From: Octopus vulgaris
Taxonomy: Eukaryota
Assembly (NCBI GenBank): GCA_951406725.2
Contig: OX597827.1
Span: forward strand, 49,290,001 to 49,354,000
Length of the DNA: 64,000 bases
Reading direction: 5' to 3'
A model generated the notes under the pieces. That model saw only the letters and a list, made by a program, of their open reading frames with translations, was not told where the DNA came from and searched no databases. A program made the translations under genes and the position numbers. Shown here piece after piece: positions 11,943 through 26,003 of the stretch. The stretch's first letter is position 1, and every line of letters starts with the position of its first letter.

Positions 11943-12605
11943 TTTAGAACAAGTAAAATATTGAGGTCTGATTAATCAATTGAATTATCTGGTGAAGTGC
12001 TTTGTGGTGTTTGTTCAAAGTTCCTGTTACTACACTTATTCTGCTACCGGCAAAGGTCTCCGGTTTGAGCATAACATACTCTCTTATTCCCACTTGCCTT
12101 GAAGGCTCTGAATCACGGGGGAAAAAAACGTCATGAGAGCTAGCCTTCCTTTCATCAAAAACCAGTAAAAACAAAATTTCTTCCCCACCTCCATCAAATA
12201 AAATTTTTTATGGTTGTATGTCTAAGCTAGAAAATCAATATATGCTCTTTTCTAAGCCAGTTATTGAAGTTTATATCAGACATTTTAACAAACAGCTGAG
12301 AGTTCATTAATTTTTGGTTAATTAAACCACATCGAAATATTTAACTAAACGCAATATCCATGACTGTTACTAAAGGATTATCGGACATTGTAAAAGCTAG
12401 TTGTGTCACTAGATTAAGGTCATCAGTTTTATTATATTAATTAAAACTACGTGTACTATCTAAATCGCTATCAGTCTTTGAAAATCTGGTATCACTGTGA
12501 TACAGTCTCATTAATTTTGCTGCTTTAATTAAACTGGAAACTCATTATTGGTTTTTCAATATTTTTTTAATTCATTGTTGATTTAGAATTTTTTATTGTC
12601 CAACA

Positions 12606-12640
<35 letters not shown>

Positions 12641-15600
12641 TTGGAAGTTCAAATCCTGTATATCCAATTTTTGTCTTTCATTGATAAAAAATATCATATG
12701 CTGTTTTTACTTATTTACGCTTATATTTATTTATTTACTTATTAGACACTTTTTCCGGATGTGTCGCCTGCATGCAGTAGAAATCACGTGCTTTTTTGTT
12801 GTTGCTGTTGTTGTTGTTTTTTCGTGGTTCAGAAAAGGCCCTACGCTTGCTAAGTTTTTTCGCAGCCACGTTTTCCTGGATTTCATCCCATTACTTGGCA
12901 CGTTGAACGAGTGCCTTCCACCATAACCTTGGTTTAGCAAAGAGTTTAGAAATATTTAGCCGCTATTTTAACATTAACAGATAATGAGACCCCGTAGAGG
13001 CTTTCCCCTTTTGGCATGTTATCATTGGTGCTACTACTGCAAATGTTTAGCCCCATGTAAATCTCCACCTTCAATGTTACCAGTGAGATTCGGTTGGTAT
13101 GTGTGTGTTCTCTGTACAAATTAATTCTCTTTATACACATTACCAAATCAATAAGTTAATTTGCTTGAACATAATGAGCAACTAAAACCGTAACCTAGAA
13201 ACAGCATAGTGTTCAGATTCGAGCTATCAATACTTATCAACAAAGAAGGATACGCAAATTAGAAGATAGTTTATAGGTTATGAGTATACGCTTCAGAAAA
13301 GCGGATTCAGTTTTGTTCCAGAAGTGACACGTGTACGTGACACTCATAAGCCGCATTACGATGAAGTACGCATCTTACTTGCTGAATAACTTCTAGAGCG
13401 ATTTCGTTTCGCCTAGCTCTGATGTATATTGTATCTTTCAACACCATTCTTTTTCAACAGTTTTCCTTAACTAAACAACTCAGCTTCTGGGTGCTTAAAA
13501 AATGTATGTAGTGCTCATATTTTCATTGTACAGCTGCTTCTATCGCATCATTCGAATTTATCATGTGTGTGCGTGCGTTTAATGTGAAGGTATATAAGAG
13601 AAATGATTGTAGCTTACATGGATGGTGCATCAAGAGCCATAAAAGATTTCTCACCATAATATTCTATGGCTGCAACTATGTTATATGATCGACCATAAAT
13701 ATACAACTTCCACTACAGTGGGGCGTAGTCTAACATTGTCGTTGAAGGTGAGAAAACAATCAGAACTTGATTGTAAATTGAAGACTGTATTGAAATTATT
13801 AATCATGATGATGTAGTGCAACCGATTCAATAGATAACTGGATCAAAGAGCCTTAATGGGGTCGCATGTCTTGCTAGAAGTAGCAACTAAAATCCTCTTT
13901 ATATCACAACTTATTCGCTGAAATAAAGGGAAAGATGTGTCCTCATCACCAAAATAGCCTTTTACTATAGCCCACCTTAAAGTCTGCTTGATTGAACTGG
14001 CCTGGGGGTTAACCAACTTCGACATACGGTTTTCAGTTATAGCCATTTTGAATGCGCTTTTGTAATATGCTTTTAAATAAGCCAGGCAAGTGTAAAAACA
14101 TGTCTTTCCACAACTCTCCTGTCTGTATTTAATATTCGTGAAATTGATGACGTCACCTCAATTTGTGAGTATTTAAGTGTCGTAATACCTCATACTGTTT
14201 TACAATAAGCCTTCCTTATGCTTTCTCAAACATAACATAGTGTGTTATTCTCAACATATGTGAAATTAAATGTATATCATTATCAGTCACATTAATCTCA
14301 ACATATAAGGCATTTCCATGATCATCAAACACATTAATTTCATAATTCTTCCTTGATTAACTTATAAATATTTTTAATTCCTGGTTCATGCGAATTGAAA
14401 ATGTCTTCAAATGGAAATCGTAATTATGTTTCGAAATCGATACACTCGAAATTTAGCATTATAACTCTTCCGGGAAAAACACAACGTTTCCTGTTGTCCA
14501 ACCACAGAAAATATAATCAACAATTGAGATGAATGGAGTGGTTAGGTATTTGTTTTCTGTGCAATACACTTTTTCCAATAGCGTTAACTGCCTGGTGTGC
14601 AATATAGAGCAAACAAAAATTATAAGTCTTCAGACAAGTAAATCTAAACTACCCGTTTGACTAGCCATGAGACTTCTTAAATCATACATATCCCGACAGT
14701 GTTCGAAATAATTTCACAAGAAAATGTTTTGCTAAGTTCTCAACATTCTTTTTTACAGACAACTGTTTTCTTTTCTACATATTTTTATACATATATTTTT
14801 CACTACTTATTTCCAAGTGTTTTTTTAATAATTGTTTACGATATATTTTATGCTTGTGAGAAGATTCTTCTCTGATCTTCTCTTTCGACTCATAGAAACA
14901 CACGAAAAATAAGCAACTAATAATATAATAAAAAGAAATTGCTAAAATGCCCGGCAGCCATAATATTTTTTGTTTGCCCAGAATTTCTGCGTTTTATCGA
15001 TTTTTCTACTGTTAAAAGCTGTTCCCACAAAAAGTCGAGATACCATTACCATGGTTCCCAAGCTACATCCCAAACAATTCCACCCTCTAACACACCCTTA
15101 TAACGAACACACACAGCGCTTTTTGCTTTTGTCCTTTTTTTTTGCTTTAGATCTATGACACTTGAACTAACATCTAATCTAAACTACAAAGAAACCTATG
15201 TATTTGATAAATAAAACTAACGCTAATTTATTGAGAAACATGAAAAGGTAAATTTACATCTCACCTGTACCTACTTTGTCTTTACAGTTTTGATGGGAAG
15301 GTTGCACTTGCAACTGGGATATAAGCTTCGCAAAACCAGACAAAATGGTACCAAGATGTTTTTACTGCCTGCATTCAGTAATTTTCAATTTGACTCTTAT
15401 TACTTTGAAATTAGCTTAGTGGTTGCGCTGAAACTCGCTCTACTAAACAGAATATCAGAAAGGAAATAAAATTCTCTCTTACTTTGCTTCAAAACGCAGA
15501 ATAGAAATCACATTTTTTTTTTTTTTTTGATAACTAAAAATCATTAAATGATATTTTTAACTTTGAGCTCAAACTGAATGTCATTTTAGAGTGATTCTTC

Positions 15601-15734
15601 CCAAACCATTCTTGGTTCTCATTGTTGACATCTGGGAATAAGTTAATTATCCAGTCTGGGTTTTGTTAAGCAAAAAGAGATCCAGAAATCTGTCAAACAA
15701 GTGACTAAGCAGCCTGATCAAGATGTATGCAACA

Positions 15735-16345
15735 CGCATTTTTTCTGGAAGTTTGTTTCACAACCACATGGTTTCAGTTTCAGCCCCAATGCATGGGACC
15801 CTCTGCAAATGTCTTATACTATAAGACCGGTAGAGGGAAACTGAAAGAAACCCCCGTCCTATGTAGTAGTAGTAGTAGTAGTAGTAGTAGTAAGGAGACA
15901 TGCTCTGTGAACGCGTGTCGCTGCATTCATCTGTAGGTAAGTCCTTATTCCTGAGGGATAACATCTTTGCACCACTCAGGTGATAAAACCTACAAAATAT
16001 ATAACTGTGTGGATACTCGTTGCAGATGAGGGTTTTTCGAGATGCGAATCCTACTTCACCCTCTTTTAGTCGCAGAGAAAGCGTTGGGTCTATTGTTTGG
16101 CATGCCGTAACCCTAACCCCACATAGCTCTGGGGGTATATATGTGTGTATGTATTTCACCACTACCTAACAACCGATGTTGGTTTGTTTATGTCTTCATC
16201 GTAACATCGCGGTTTGACGAAAAGAACCAATAGAATAAGTACCAAGCTATAAAAAAAATATGTACTGGGGGGTCAATTTGTTCAACTAGACCCTTCAAGC
16301 TAGTGCCCCAGTATGGCCGCAGTCTAATGACTGAAACAAGTAAAA
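15735..16345 (+). mobile_element. SINE family B copy interrupted by a nested insertion
   Basis: Head/body 15735-15860 (AACCACATGGTTTCAG...GGAAACTGAAAGAAACCCCGTC) and tail 16165-16345 (CCAGTATGGCCGCAGTCTAATGACTGAAACAAGTAAAA). Confidence 0.75.
15862..16137 (-). mobile_element. Short retroposon with (TAC)n tail nested in SINE B
   Basis: About 245 bp of GC-richer sequence absent from other SINE B copies, ending on the minus strand in about ten TAC repeats. Confidence 0.45.
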
Positions 16346-17150
16346 TATGTATCAGAGAATCTCGGAAAATCAGAGTTTACTTCTGTCCATGTTACATTTA
16401 AATATGAATAATTGCAACTTTGACAGAAACATGGTGAAGGCCAATTTAAAAGTAATAAGATTAAGCTCACTTTTCTTGAAGTTGCAAAGTATCTTGTGAA
16501 TAAATCTGGCAATTTCATGCTTGATGTCTCTTAGCTCATCACGGAAAATGAACATGAAGTCTTGAAAGAAATTGACGACTGTTATAAAAAATAAAATAAA
16601 TAGAAATATCTCGTGTAGTTTCCCTTTGACGGCCATCTAACTCCTATGAACAACAACAAACATTCAAAGAGAATAAGACGTTCATAATTTTCAAAGACGA
16701 CCTGTCGAAACAGTCGGAAATTAATAGCAATGTTCTTTGAGTTTATTTATTGCTGCGATAACGTTGCTTAATGATTTGTGATGTCGACTACCCATGGGTT
16801 TTTTTACGAGGAAATTGCATGTGGAATATTTGTCGCAAACAAGAACAGCTTCTTTTTTTTTCTCTTTACAAATAATCTTATGTATCACTGATGACAACTT
16901 GTTATCGATGGTGTTTCCGCTGTTCACAGGTAATGATGTTCGTAAGCTGAATGTCTTTCTCGTCAAAACGAATTTGAAAATATACAGAATACCGGATCCC
17001 ATTTTTTTTTAATATTTCTATTTCACAAATAACAGCTTTTGAACTAAACTTTCTTCTTTCATAAAATGAACGTAAGCACGAGTCAAAGACCCGTTGTCTG
17101 TCAAACACATAATTTTAAACCAAATAATGTCTTCAGAATGTTTTATAACA

Positions 17151-17490
17151 GGCGCAGGAAAGAAGCTTGCTCCACAACCACATGGTTCTGGGTTCAGTCG
17201 CACTAAGTGTCACCTTGAGCAAGTGCCTTCTACTGTAGCTTCGCGCCGACCAAAACCTTATATGTATATATCCCAGTGTGTGTGTGTGTGTTTGTGTTTG
17301 CCCACCATCACCGCTTGACAACCGTGTTGGTGTGTTTACGTCCCCGTAACTTAACAGTCCGACAAAAGAGATGATAGAATAAGTACTAGGCTTAAAAGAA
17401 AATAAGTCCTGGGGTCTATTTCTTCGACTAAAATTTCTCAAGGCGATGTCCCAGCATGACCGCAGTCAAGTAAAAGCTAAAAGAAAAGAT
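17151..17490 (+). mobile_element. SINE family B
   Basis: GGCGCAGG...GGGTTCAGTCGCAC...CACCTTGAGCAAGTG...GCTTGACAACCG...CCAGCATGACCGCAGTCAAGTAAAAG. Confidence 0.9.
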
Positions 17491-17882
17491 AAATGGTGGT
17501 CAGCGTTTCCAACCGTCCCTCTTCTGTAGAATTATCACACTGATGATCTGTGCAAAACCTGTATACAGTATCGCATTGCTGGCAAAATATGCTTTCCCCC
17601 AATTCTACGAAATTCATCTGCAATGAAATGTTATGGGTGTATGTGAAACATCACCGGATTTTTGTGAAGCGAAAAAAATATATTTTCAATGATTTACTGT
17701 TTCTGCAAATTTTCTTTAGGTGTATTTTTCATGAAACTCTTAAAAACTTGGGAAGTTTAATATCAGAATTTGAAAAACAAATTTCGTATAACATTAGTTG
17801 CTGTGATTTGGTGCTGATAGAAATTCGTATGTTATGTATTGCTTTCTATTTTTCCCCTCAGTATCATGTATCAGTATCATAA

Positions 17883-18465
17883 GGCTGCGAGCTGGTAGAA
17901 TCGTTAGCACGCCGGGCGAAATGCTTAGCGGTATTTCGTCTGCCGCTACGTTCCGAGTTCAAATTCCGCCGAGGTCGACTTTGCCTTTCATCCTTTCGAG
18001 GTCGATAAATTAAGTACCAGTTACGCACCGGGGTCGATATAATCGACTTAATCCGTTTGTCTGTCCTTGTTTGTCCTCTCTGTGTTTAGCCCCTTGTGGG
18101 TAGTAAAGAAATAGGTATTTCGTCTGCCGTTACGTTCCGAGTTCAAATTCCGCCGAGGTCGACTTTGCCTTTCATCCTTTCGGGGTCGACAAATTAAGTA
18201 CCAGTTACGCATTGGGGTCGATATAATCGACTTAATCCATTTGTCTGTCCTTGTTTGTCCTCTCTATGTTTAGCCCTTTGTCGGTAGTAAAGAAATAGAA
18301 ATAGGTATTTCGCCCGTCGCTACGCTCTGAGTTCAAATTCCGCCGAGGTCGACTTTGCCTTTCATCCTTCTAAGGTTGATTAAATAAAAACCAGTTATGC
18401 ACTGGGGTCGATGTAATTGACTTAATCGCCTCCCCCAAGCTGTCCTTATGGCAAAAATTTGAAAT
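17883..18465 (+). mobile_element. SINE family A trimer (one head, three B-box/body units)
   Basis: GGCTGCGAGCTGGTAGAATCGTTAGC head, then GGTATTTCG...GAGTTCAAATTCCGCCGAGGTCGACTTTGCCTTTCATCC at about 17930, 18113 and 18304. Confidence 0.93.
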
Positions 18466-19409
18466 AATTCTATGTAGTACAACAAAGCATATTGTATTAT
18501 GTGTTGAGATCATATTTTATGCCACACTAAAATTATACTTTATAGCATCAGGAAATATATGAGCAATGCAAATACTAGTAAAAGTATATAACACAATGTG
18601 AATCTTAAATGAATGAAAACTTCGAGAACTTATAAATATTAGAAGATAAAACGTTAATACATAACATAAATTAAGATTTCTATTATGTAAACATTTCGTA
18701 GACGAAAATCTACTATAATAATAGTCTTGAGTTTTTCTCCGTCACAACATATGAATGAGAAAGGAAGGGATGATAGATGAATAGGGAAGGAAAGGGTGGT
18801 GGCAAAGCGGTGGGATGGTGAACATTCAACGCCGAAAAGAAAACTCAGCGCTTCAACTCGCGTGAATATGTCTGTACGTGTGTGCGTGTACAAGGGAAGT
18901 ATGTGAATGTATGTGAATATCAACAAGTGTATTAATTTGATTTACCATTCATATTTATATATAAAATACAATTAGCCGTCATTTTTTGACAGCATGGGTC
19001 CAGCTAGTAATTAAATAAAACAAATGTCACTATATTTTCGTATATTTTAAACATTTATAAATCTTGTAGCTCAAAGGCATTAATCTTAAATCAGGTACGA
19101 ACTGGGTGATTTATTGTTTTTAACCTCATCGAGCCCATACTTGGTTTTCGACTCTTTTTTTAGAGGTTTTTAGAAGTAATGTTATGGTTTGTCTTTGACA
19201 AGCTTTGAGGAGTAGTTTGTATCCCTCAGATTAATTTATGTATCATACATTTGAATGAAATAATGGAAACAAAAATACTATTAATTATTAAGTAAACAAA
19301 AAAAATTATCTCGAAGAAGAAAATTACTCGGTGTGAAAAAAATAATACTAATACCCCTCCATAAAGTCTGGCTCGAACAAACTGCCGTTTAAATTACTTC
19401 AGTAATATT

Positions 19410-20030
19410 GGTTTCAAATTTTTGCATAAGGCCAGTAATTTCAAGAGAAGGGCACAAGTTGATTATATCGACACTAGCGATGTTCTTCACTACTTCAGAG
19501 AGTGACGACCCTGCCTGACATGAGTTCCGGGCTCAGCTGGCTCCGGCAGACAGTACCCGGTATGGGCCCCTATCCAGGGTTACGGAAAGGAGACAACCTT
19601 CAAAGAAATCCGGAGTGGAGCCTCGTGAGCGGTTTAGTGTTCGACTCAACACTCTTCCGGTAGCTCCTGCAACCAAGCTGGTGCCAAACGTAATGCTGCT
19701 CTGCACTCCTTTGGACTACATCAGCAAGGTCGAGAGAGGAATCGTGACGATTGGGCTACCCAAGATTTTCTTACATCTAGCCCAGGCCTGTGCAGAACTG
19801 GAGAGGACATGAAATGTAAAAACCAGACTGGATTAGTTTATGCACAACTCCATTGTCTCCCGAGACAAAAGGGTGCCAACAAGTGTTCAGCTTGCATTTA
19901 TTTTATCGACTTCGAAAGGCTGAAAGGCAAAAATCAACCTCAGCGGAATTTTAACTCAAAGAGGGACGAAATGCCGCAAAGCAGTTTGCCTGGCGTGCAA
20001 ACCATTCTACCATTTCGCCGACTTAGTTAC
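19410..20030 (-). mobile_element. SINE family A copy split by a 400-bp insertion
   Basis: 19410-19480 and 19882-20030 are contiguous parts of the family A consensus. Confidence 0.7.
19483..19882 (+). mobile_element. Non-autonomous retroelement, probably RTE-derived (5'UTR-like part plus short tail)
   Basis: GC-rich insert with AAATCCGGAGTGGAGCCTC, resembling RTE-clade 5'UTRs as I recall them, ending GAGACAAAAGGGTGCCAACAA. Confidence 0.5.
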
Positions 20031-20401
20031 GTCACTAATATTATTTGACCACAACTATACTAACAAAACTATACTAACAACCTAAGTACTTGACTGTCGC
20101 TTTTATTTTATCGACCCCGGAAAGATGAAAGGCAGAATTGATCCTGGCGGGATGTGAACATAAAAAGTCGGAAGAAATGCCGGAAGACATTTTATCCGAA
20201 ACTCCAACGATTCAGTTAATCTATCGAGCTTATTGATCATATATAACAAAATAAATTATTTACGTTGTATTCGAGTAGTATTTTAAAAAGTTATAAGAGT
20301 CAAAACCAAATAAAAAATTACTAATGAAACTTTACCTAATAAATAAGGCCATAAAAATAACGTCCCTGATTTAATTTCCAATTGTATAAAGACGGATATC
20401 A

Positions 20402-20725
20402 GGTTCACCACAATGCTCCCACTACCTCAGACAGCTTTCCCTGAATAATTACTTCTACAGGATAACTAATCATTAACAATTGCTCTCTCGACAAGTGCGT
20501 ATAGCCCGTAATTTGAGATTTTAGTGGTATAATTATAGGGTTATAATTATAATGATACGAAAATGTAATTCTGCTTTCTAGATAACAAATAAAACATAAA
20601 AATAAAACTCAAATTAGTTTTATTCGCGTTTATTAGCACCTTCATAGTTGTGCTTTTTCTAAATTCTTAGTTAATTGAGAAAATTATCCATGGGAAATTA
20701 TCCCAGAGACAGTTGTCCCAGAACC
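20402..20725. mobile_element. Degenerate MITE-like element with GGTTC termini and subterminal repeats
   Basis: Left GGTTCACCACAA..CAGACAGCTTTCCCTGAATAATT; right AATTATCCATGGGAAATTATCCCAGAGACAGTTGTCCCAGAACC. No clear TSD. Confidence 0.35.
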
Positions 20726-22032
20726 ATATTGATCATATTCAATATGTGCTTTACTTAAATTCTCGACAAAATCTAATTATCTACATAGGTAATGTGTAAT
20801 TAAACATCACTTTTTTCCCAAAATTTGATTCAGCCTTTTACAGTATACAATTAGCTTCAGACTGCTGACAATAGAAACTCTCTACAACAAACATTCATAT
20901 GCATCATTAGTTTTCGGGAAAACATTACTAATTCAATAAAAAATTGAATATAAATCATTTATTCGCAGTTGCGAAGGTTTTTCTTTCGATAATGATGTAT
21001 AAAAGATGGATAACCTAGTTTTAAGGTATTTCGATCGGAAAAGTCCTTCAAAGATAGGAAGTTAGAACTACTAAATCAAAGTTGTGCGTTGATTGGAAAA
21101 TAAAAGATTTCTAGTCAATAAAAGAGTTTTAAAAGTATCAGCAAATGATTTCATGATACAATCTTAAAATGGATAGTTCTCACTGAACGCCAAACATTCT
21201 ACGTAAAAATTGCAGCACAAAATCTTGTTAAGTTGCATCTGTTAAAATTAGCTTCAGTCTAAATAATCGAATACTAAAGTTTGAAAATCCAAATTAATGA
21301 ACTCATTCAGAAAAGTCAGCTTTGAAAATCTCATAAATTCTGAAAAGTTTGGAAATTACTCAGTTAAATGGAACCTATCTGTAAATTGTGTATAAATAGA
21401 ACAGCTTCTAGTCGTCTAAAATTCTTTTGAAAGTAGAAAGTGCTCCTATAATTTAATCTTAAAACAAGAAGGGATTTTTTTTTACACAACAATGCTTTTT
21501 TTTAATCATAATTTTCAACACAAAAATGCTTTTTATCATAATTTTCGGCACAGAAATAGTTAAATGGCACTTTTTAAAATAGACTAGAAATAAATGGCTG
21601 GAATAAACTAAATTTATTTTATTGATTCGTCAGAGAAAGCGGACATTTTATAAAGACAAAAATATGCTACAAGCTCTTCCCGTTTGGAGATTAGATTATG
21701 AAAGCACTGGTAGCTTTTAAAACAATTTCAAACGATTCGGGGTTGTTTCGTTTTCACTCCGATTATTATGAAAGATTCATAACATTTGGAGGATGATAAA
21801 TATTAATTTGATTGCAAATGTTATTTTATATCCAGGTAGGAATATAATTTCTTGCAAATTAGACGTGAGGGCTAACCCTGAAAGTATACATTTGCTACCA
21901 TGGGTAATATCAGGAAATATGGCATACATACAATAATTATAATTTATCTTTTATCAAATTTCTTGGAGCTTAAACAAAATTATAAAATGAATACTAATAT
22001 TCAAAAGAAAATATATACATATAGACATTACT

Positions 22033-22347
22033 ATAGGAGCATGGCTCAGTGGTTAGAGCGTCGAGCTTACGACCGTGGGGTTGTGAGTTCGAATCCCGGA
22101 CCGGGCTGCGTGTCATGTTCTTGAGCAAGACACTTTATTTCACGTTGCTCCAGTTCACTCAGCTGTAGAAATGAGTTGCGACGTCACAGGTACCAAGCTG
22201 TATCGGCCTTTACCTTTCCCTTGGATAACACTGGTGGCGTGGAGAGAGGAGGCCGGTATGCATGGGCGACTTGCCTGGACTTGTGCCTGGGAGGGTAACT
22301 TTCTAGGTGCAATCCCATGGTCAGTCATGACCGAAGGGGGTCTCAAT
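22033..22347 (+). mobile_element. tRNA-derived SINE, head C + body B + tail Z, with 14-bp TSD
   Basis: A box TGGCTCAGTGG, B box GAGTTCGAATCCC; TSD ATATAGACATTACT at 22019-22032 and 22348-22361. Confidence 0.92.
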
Positions 22348-22776
22348 ATATAGACATTACTTTAAAATAAATATAACAAATTTCTCATTTGTATGTTTGT
22401 GATAAATATATCATTTTTCTGAATTTTTATCTAAGTAATCGCAATCTAACCGTTCGAAACTTATTTCTGCAGAATTTCATTTAAAAATATGTATTCTTTA
22501 GAAAGTTACAAAAATTTCACCTGTACATCTTATGTAAACTGCTTCTGGTTCTCTTGTTTACTGTCTCCTCCTGTCTTTGTACAGTGTTAAGCGTGACTGG
22601 AGAAATCAACCAACTATCCAAAGTTTATATCGGTTTTTATTAAATAGAGATGTGCCTATATTATTATGGGCCTAGTTTAGTTGTTAACCGAATCAGTAGC
22701 ATGCAATGTAAACAAAAATAACTAAATTGTTATTACAACAAACTATTTTTAATATATAATATATATAATGGTCGAA

Positions 22777-23192
22777 GGCGGCGAGCTGGCAGAAACGTTA
22801 GCACGCCGGGCGAAATGCGTAGTCGTATTTCGTCTGCCGTTCAGTTCTGAGGTCAAATTCCGCCGAGCTCGACTTTGCCTTTCATCCTTTTGGGGTCGAT
22901 TAAATAAGTACCAGTTACGCACTGGGGTCGATATAATCGACTTAATCTATCTATCTGTCTGTCCTTGTTTGTCTTCTGCGTTTAGCCTCTTGTGGGTAGT
23001 AAAGAAACAGGAATTTCGTCTGCCGCTACTTTCAGAGTTCAAATTCCGCCGAGGTCGACTTTGCCTTTCAACCCTTCGGTGTCGTTAAATTAAGTACCAG
23101 TTACGCACTGGGGTCGATGTAATCGACTTATTCCGTTTGTCTGTCCTTGTTTGTCCCCTCTGTGTTTTGCCCCTTGTGGGTAGTAAAGAAAT
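22777..23192 (+). mobile_element. SINE family A dimer
   Basis: GGCGGCGAGCTGGCAGAAACGTTAGC head with two body units. Confidence 0.92.
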
Positions 23193-25966
23193 ATATATAT
23201 ATAATAGTCGACCCTTTCAACATTGCTTAATTTTCTGGAAGGCGGGACAACTTGAAATCTGTTTGGGACTTTGAACTTCATGCCGGGTGTCGAGACATTC
23301 CGCTCGAATCGAGGTGATTGATAAACATGAATATAAAATAGTCTATAAATTTGCGTGTGTATATTCTGTGAAATATAAGTTAGCTCTGACTGAGGCAACA
23401 GATATATAAATAAACACCATCTGCCGCTTCAGTTGCAAACTCCCCTCCAACACCCTAAGAAGGTGGTATCGCCCACTTTGAAGCAGTAAATAAAAGTCAT
23501 CCTACTATTCTTGCCGCTCATTCATCATTTCTTCTTTCTTTCATTCATTCTTTTATACATCCTCACTCTAATTTATTTCCTTCTTTTTGATATCATTCTC
23601 ATTGTCTCTATAAATATTCAGTTTTCACTGACTTCAGAATATTTCCATATTAAATAAAACCTCTAAGTAATCGATGCTGTTATTCAATTTGTTGTTTATC
23701 TATATTGTTGTCAATGCTGTGCTCCCATAGTTTTCGCTTTTGCTGTTGTCGTTATTGTTTCTCTTGTTTTAACATATTAAAGATTTTCTCCTTTCATATC
23801 TTTCTAGCGGTATATTTGCTTTAGATTAACCAAATTTTCTAACATTATGTACACTTGTGAGATTGTGCTAAAATGTCTGTTGCTTTCGATAATACTTCAA
23901 AAAGGGGATTCTATTTGTAAAATTCATTGCTAAAGGTGAGAATTCTTTGTGTGTTGCATTCTCAAGGGCGTTAGATGAAAAGAAATGCGATTAACTGGGA
24001 ATCGAACTTTCATATTCACATGTATGTTTGTTTTCGGAATAGTTGACAAAGTGCAGGTGGTTTTCTTATAACAGCCTCGTCAGAACGCCATGTCACTGCA
24101 GTGAAACAATCTGCATTTGTCAACTACCACTGAATAAATATGAAATGCTTTGTATTTAACTGCATTGACTATTTAGATTGTAGATTTACTGTCCATCAGA
24201 ACAAAGATACGGAATAAACACACACTCATACACACATAACGTGTATGTATTTGTGTGAGAACCCATGTGTGCATAAACCTTATCACGGCCTTAGCTAGAT
24301 ACAGTCTTTGTCTTGTGCCAAGGCAACTGAGATTTTAAATTAGTCCCACCTTTTTATGGTAATATGGGGGGAGGGTCTTCGTAGAAGAGTGGGTGTAGCC
24401 ATGAATTTTACAGTGTTGCGGTAGATTCGTGCTGTTTACTAACTCATATATTTGTATGATATTCGGTTGTGAGCTCCCGAGAAAGCAACTGTAGTTTCGA
24501 ATCCTAGTTCAGTCATTTTACTTAACTCGATTATACGGTAATGTACTTTCTCTGCTTTAGAGGTTTCACAACTCTGGGACTCTTGCTCTTTAACCCCTAG
24601 TCAGCACTGATCCAGGAAAACAATGATTATCGTTATTCTAGTTGCGACCATCCCGTAATTTGGTACTATGGATTACATTGACCAATTAATCCGTCTTTAA
24701 GAAGATGATTCATGGAATTTGATGGAGACATTGTTGTTATTTGTAACAAGTTGAGTGGCGAAGCCGAGGTTCTCCGATCGGTTTCTTAATTTTGTTGTTG
24801 CTGTTCGAACTTCAATCCTAACCAGAAAGAGCTCTCTAGTCAATGGCTTTTCAGTTATGTTTATCTTGTCTTTTAGTTTCTTAGGGACTACATTGTCAAG
24901 CGTATCCTTAATTTAAACGATACATAGGTGAGTCTTGATGCGAAATTTCGCTACTGTTTCTGGCGTCTAGAAAACTACGTAGACTTCTTCGTGATTTTAT
25001 TTGTCGTAGTGCAGAAGGATCCTGATCATGCAGAGTTAACTGACTTGGTCTAGCAGGAGATGAACCTCCTTGCATTCGATTATTAATTTACTTTGTATCT
25101 CTGAAACAAACGATGCTCCAACATGACTTAAACCTTTCCGATTAAACGCAAACAGCTACAACTGTAACAAAACCAACAAAATTATAAGGGTTGGGATCAC
25201 AATATATTAAGTTAACAAAAATCAACTCATTTGATTTTAGTGAAAACCCTGTTCGCTGGGATTATTTAAAAAAAGGATATTTTAAATACTGTAGTTCCTT
25301 GAGCACTTCTCCTCCTCCTCCTCCTTGTGCTACCAGCTACGCGATTGGCCTCCGGTCACTTTCTGTGCATACGCTGTGTGACACAAAAAATGCCTTCCAT
25401 TGTATTAGGGATCTTTGCTTACTTTCTACGAGACACCATCTTAATGACTACGACTAATTCTGGCGGGGGGAGAGACATAAAGAAGAATTGACTTCAGTAC
25501 ATAAATGGTACTTTATGGACCCGGAAAATATGAAGTGTAAAGGTGGATGACTATAGTAGGATTTAAACTCAGATATTAAACAGTCGGAAAATATATTGCA
25601 TAACATTCAAACGCTCTAGCTATCCTGCTAATGCGACACGTTTCTTGTATGCGTGATTTATGAATAAAAGCCATGATGCTTCCAAGCAACTGATCTTAGG
25701 TCTAATCCATCACAGCTAACAAGGGTGTAAACGGCGACCAAAACCCTTGTACCTATAGACAGGAGGTATAAAAAGCATGAACGATTTCGGTGGGAATTGA
25801 ACTCAGATCGTTAAAGAAGCATGTTTTACAGTTCCGCTAAGGAGATATTGGCAATTAAAATACGGTTTCTTAAAGTACTAGAATATGAAGTACATCATGA
25901 AAGTTTTTGAAGAATCATTGTTCAAATAGATAGCACACTAGGATGGTAAATCATATATACATTTAA

Positions 25967-26003
<37 letters not shown>

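Noticed and set aside
16350-17130. Coding-like decayed sequence (also 12960-15700 and 20860-21900)
   Set aside because: No recognisable protein motif by eye; needs translated profile searches.
17883-18465. Regularly spaced repeats resembling a CRISPR array
   Set aside because: Whole units of about 185 bp repeat with no unique spacers; eukaryotic SINE multimer, no cas genes.
22036-22105. tRNA-like sequence with A and B boxes
   Set aside because: No acceptor stem closure; it continues into a SINE body and is bounded by a TSD, so it is a SINE head rather than a tRNA gene.
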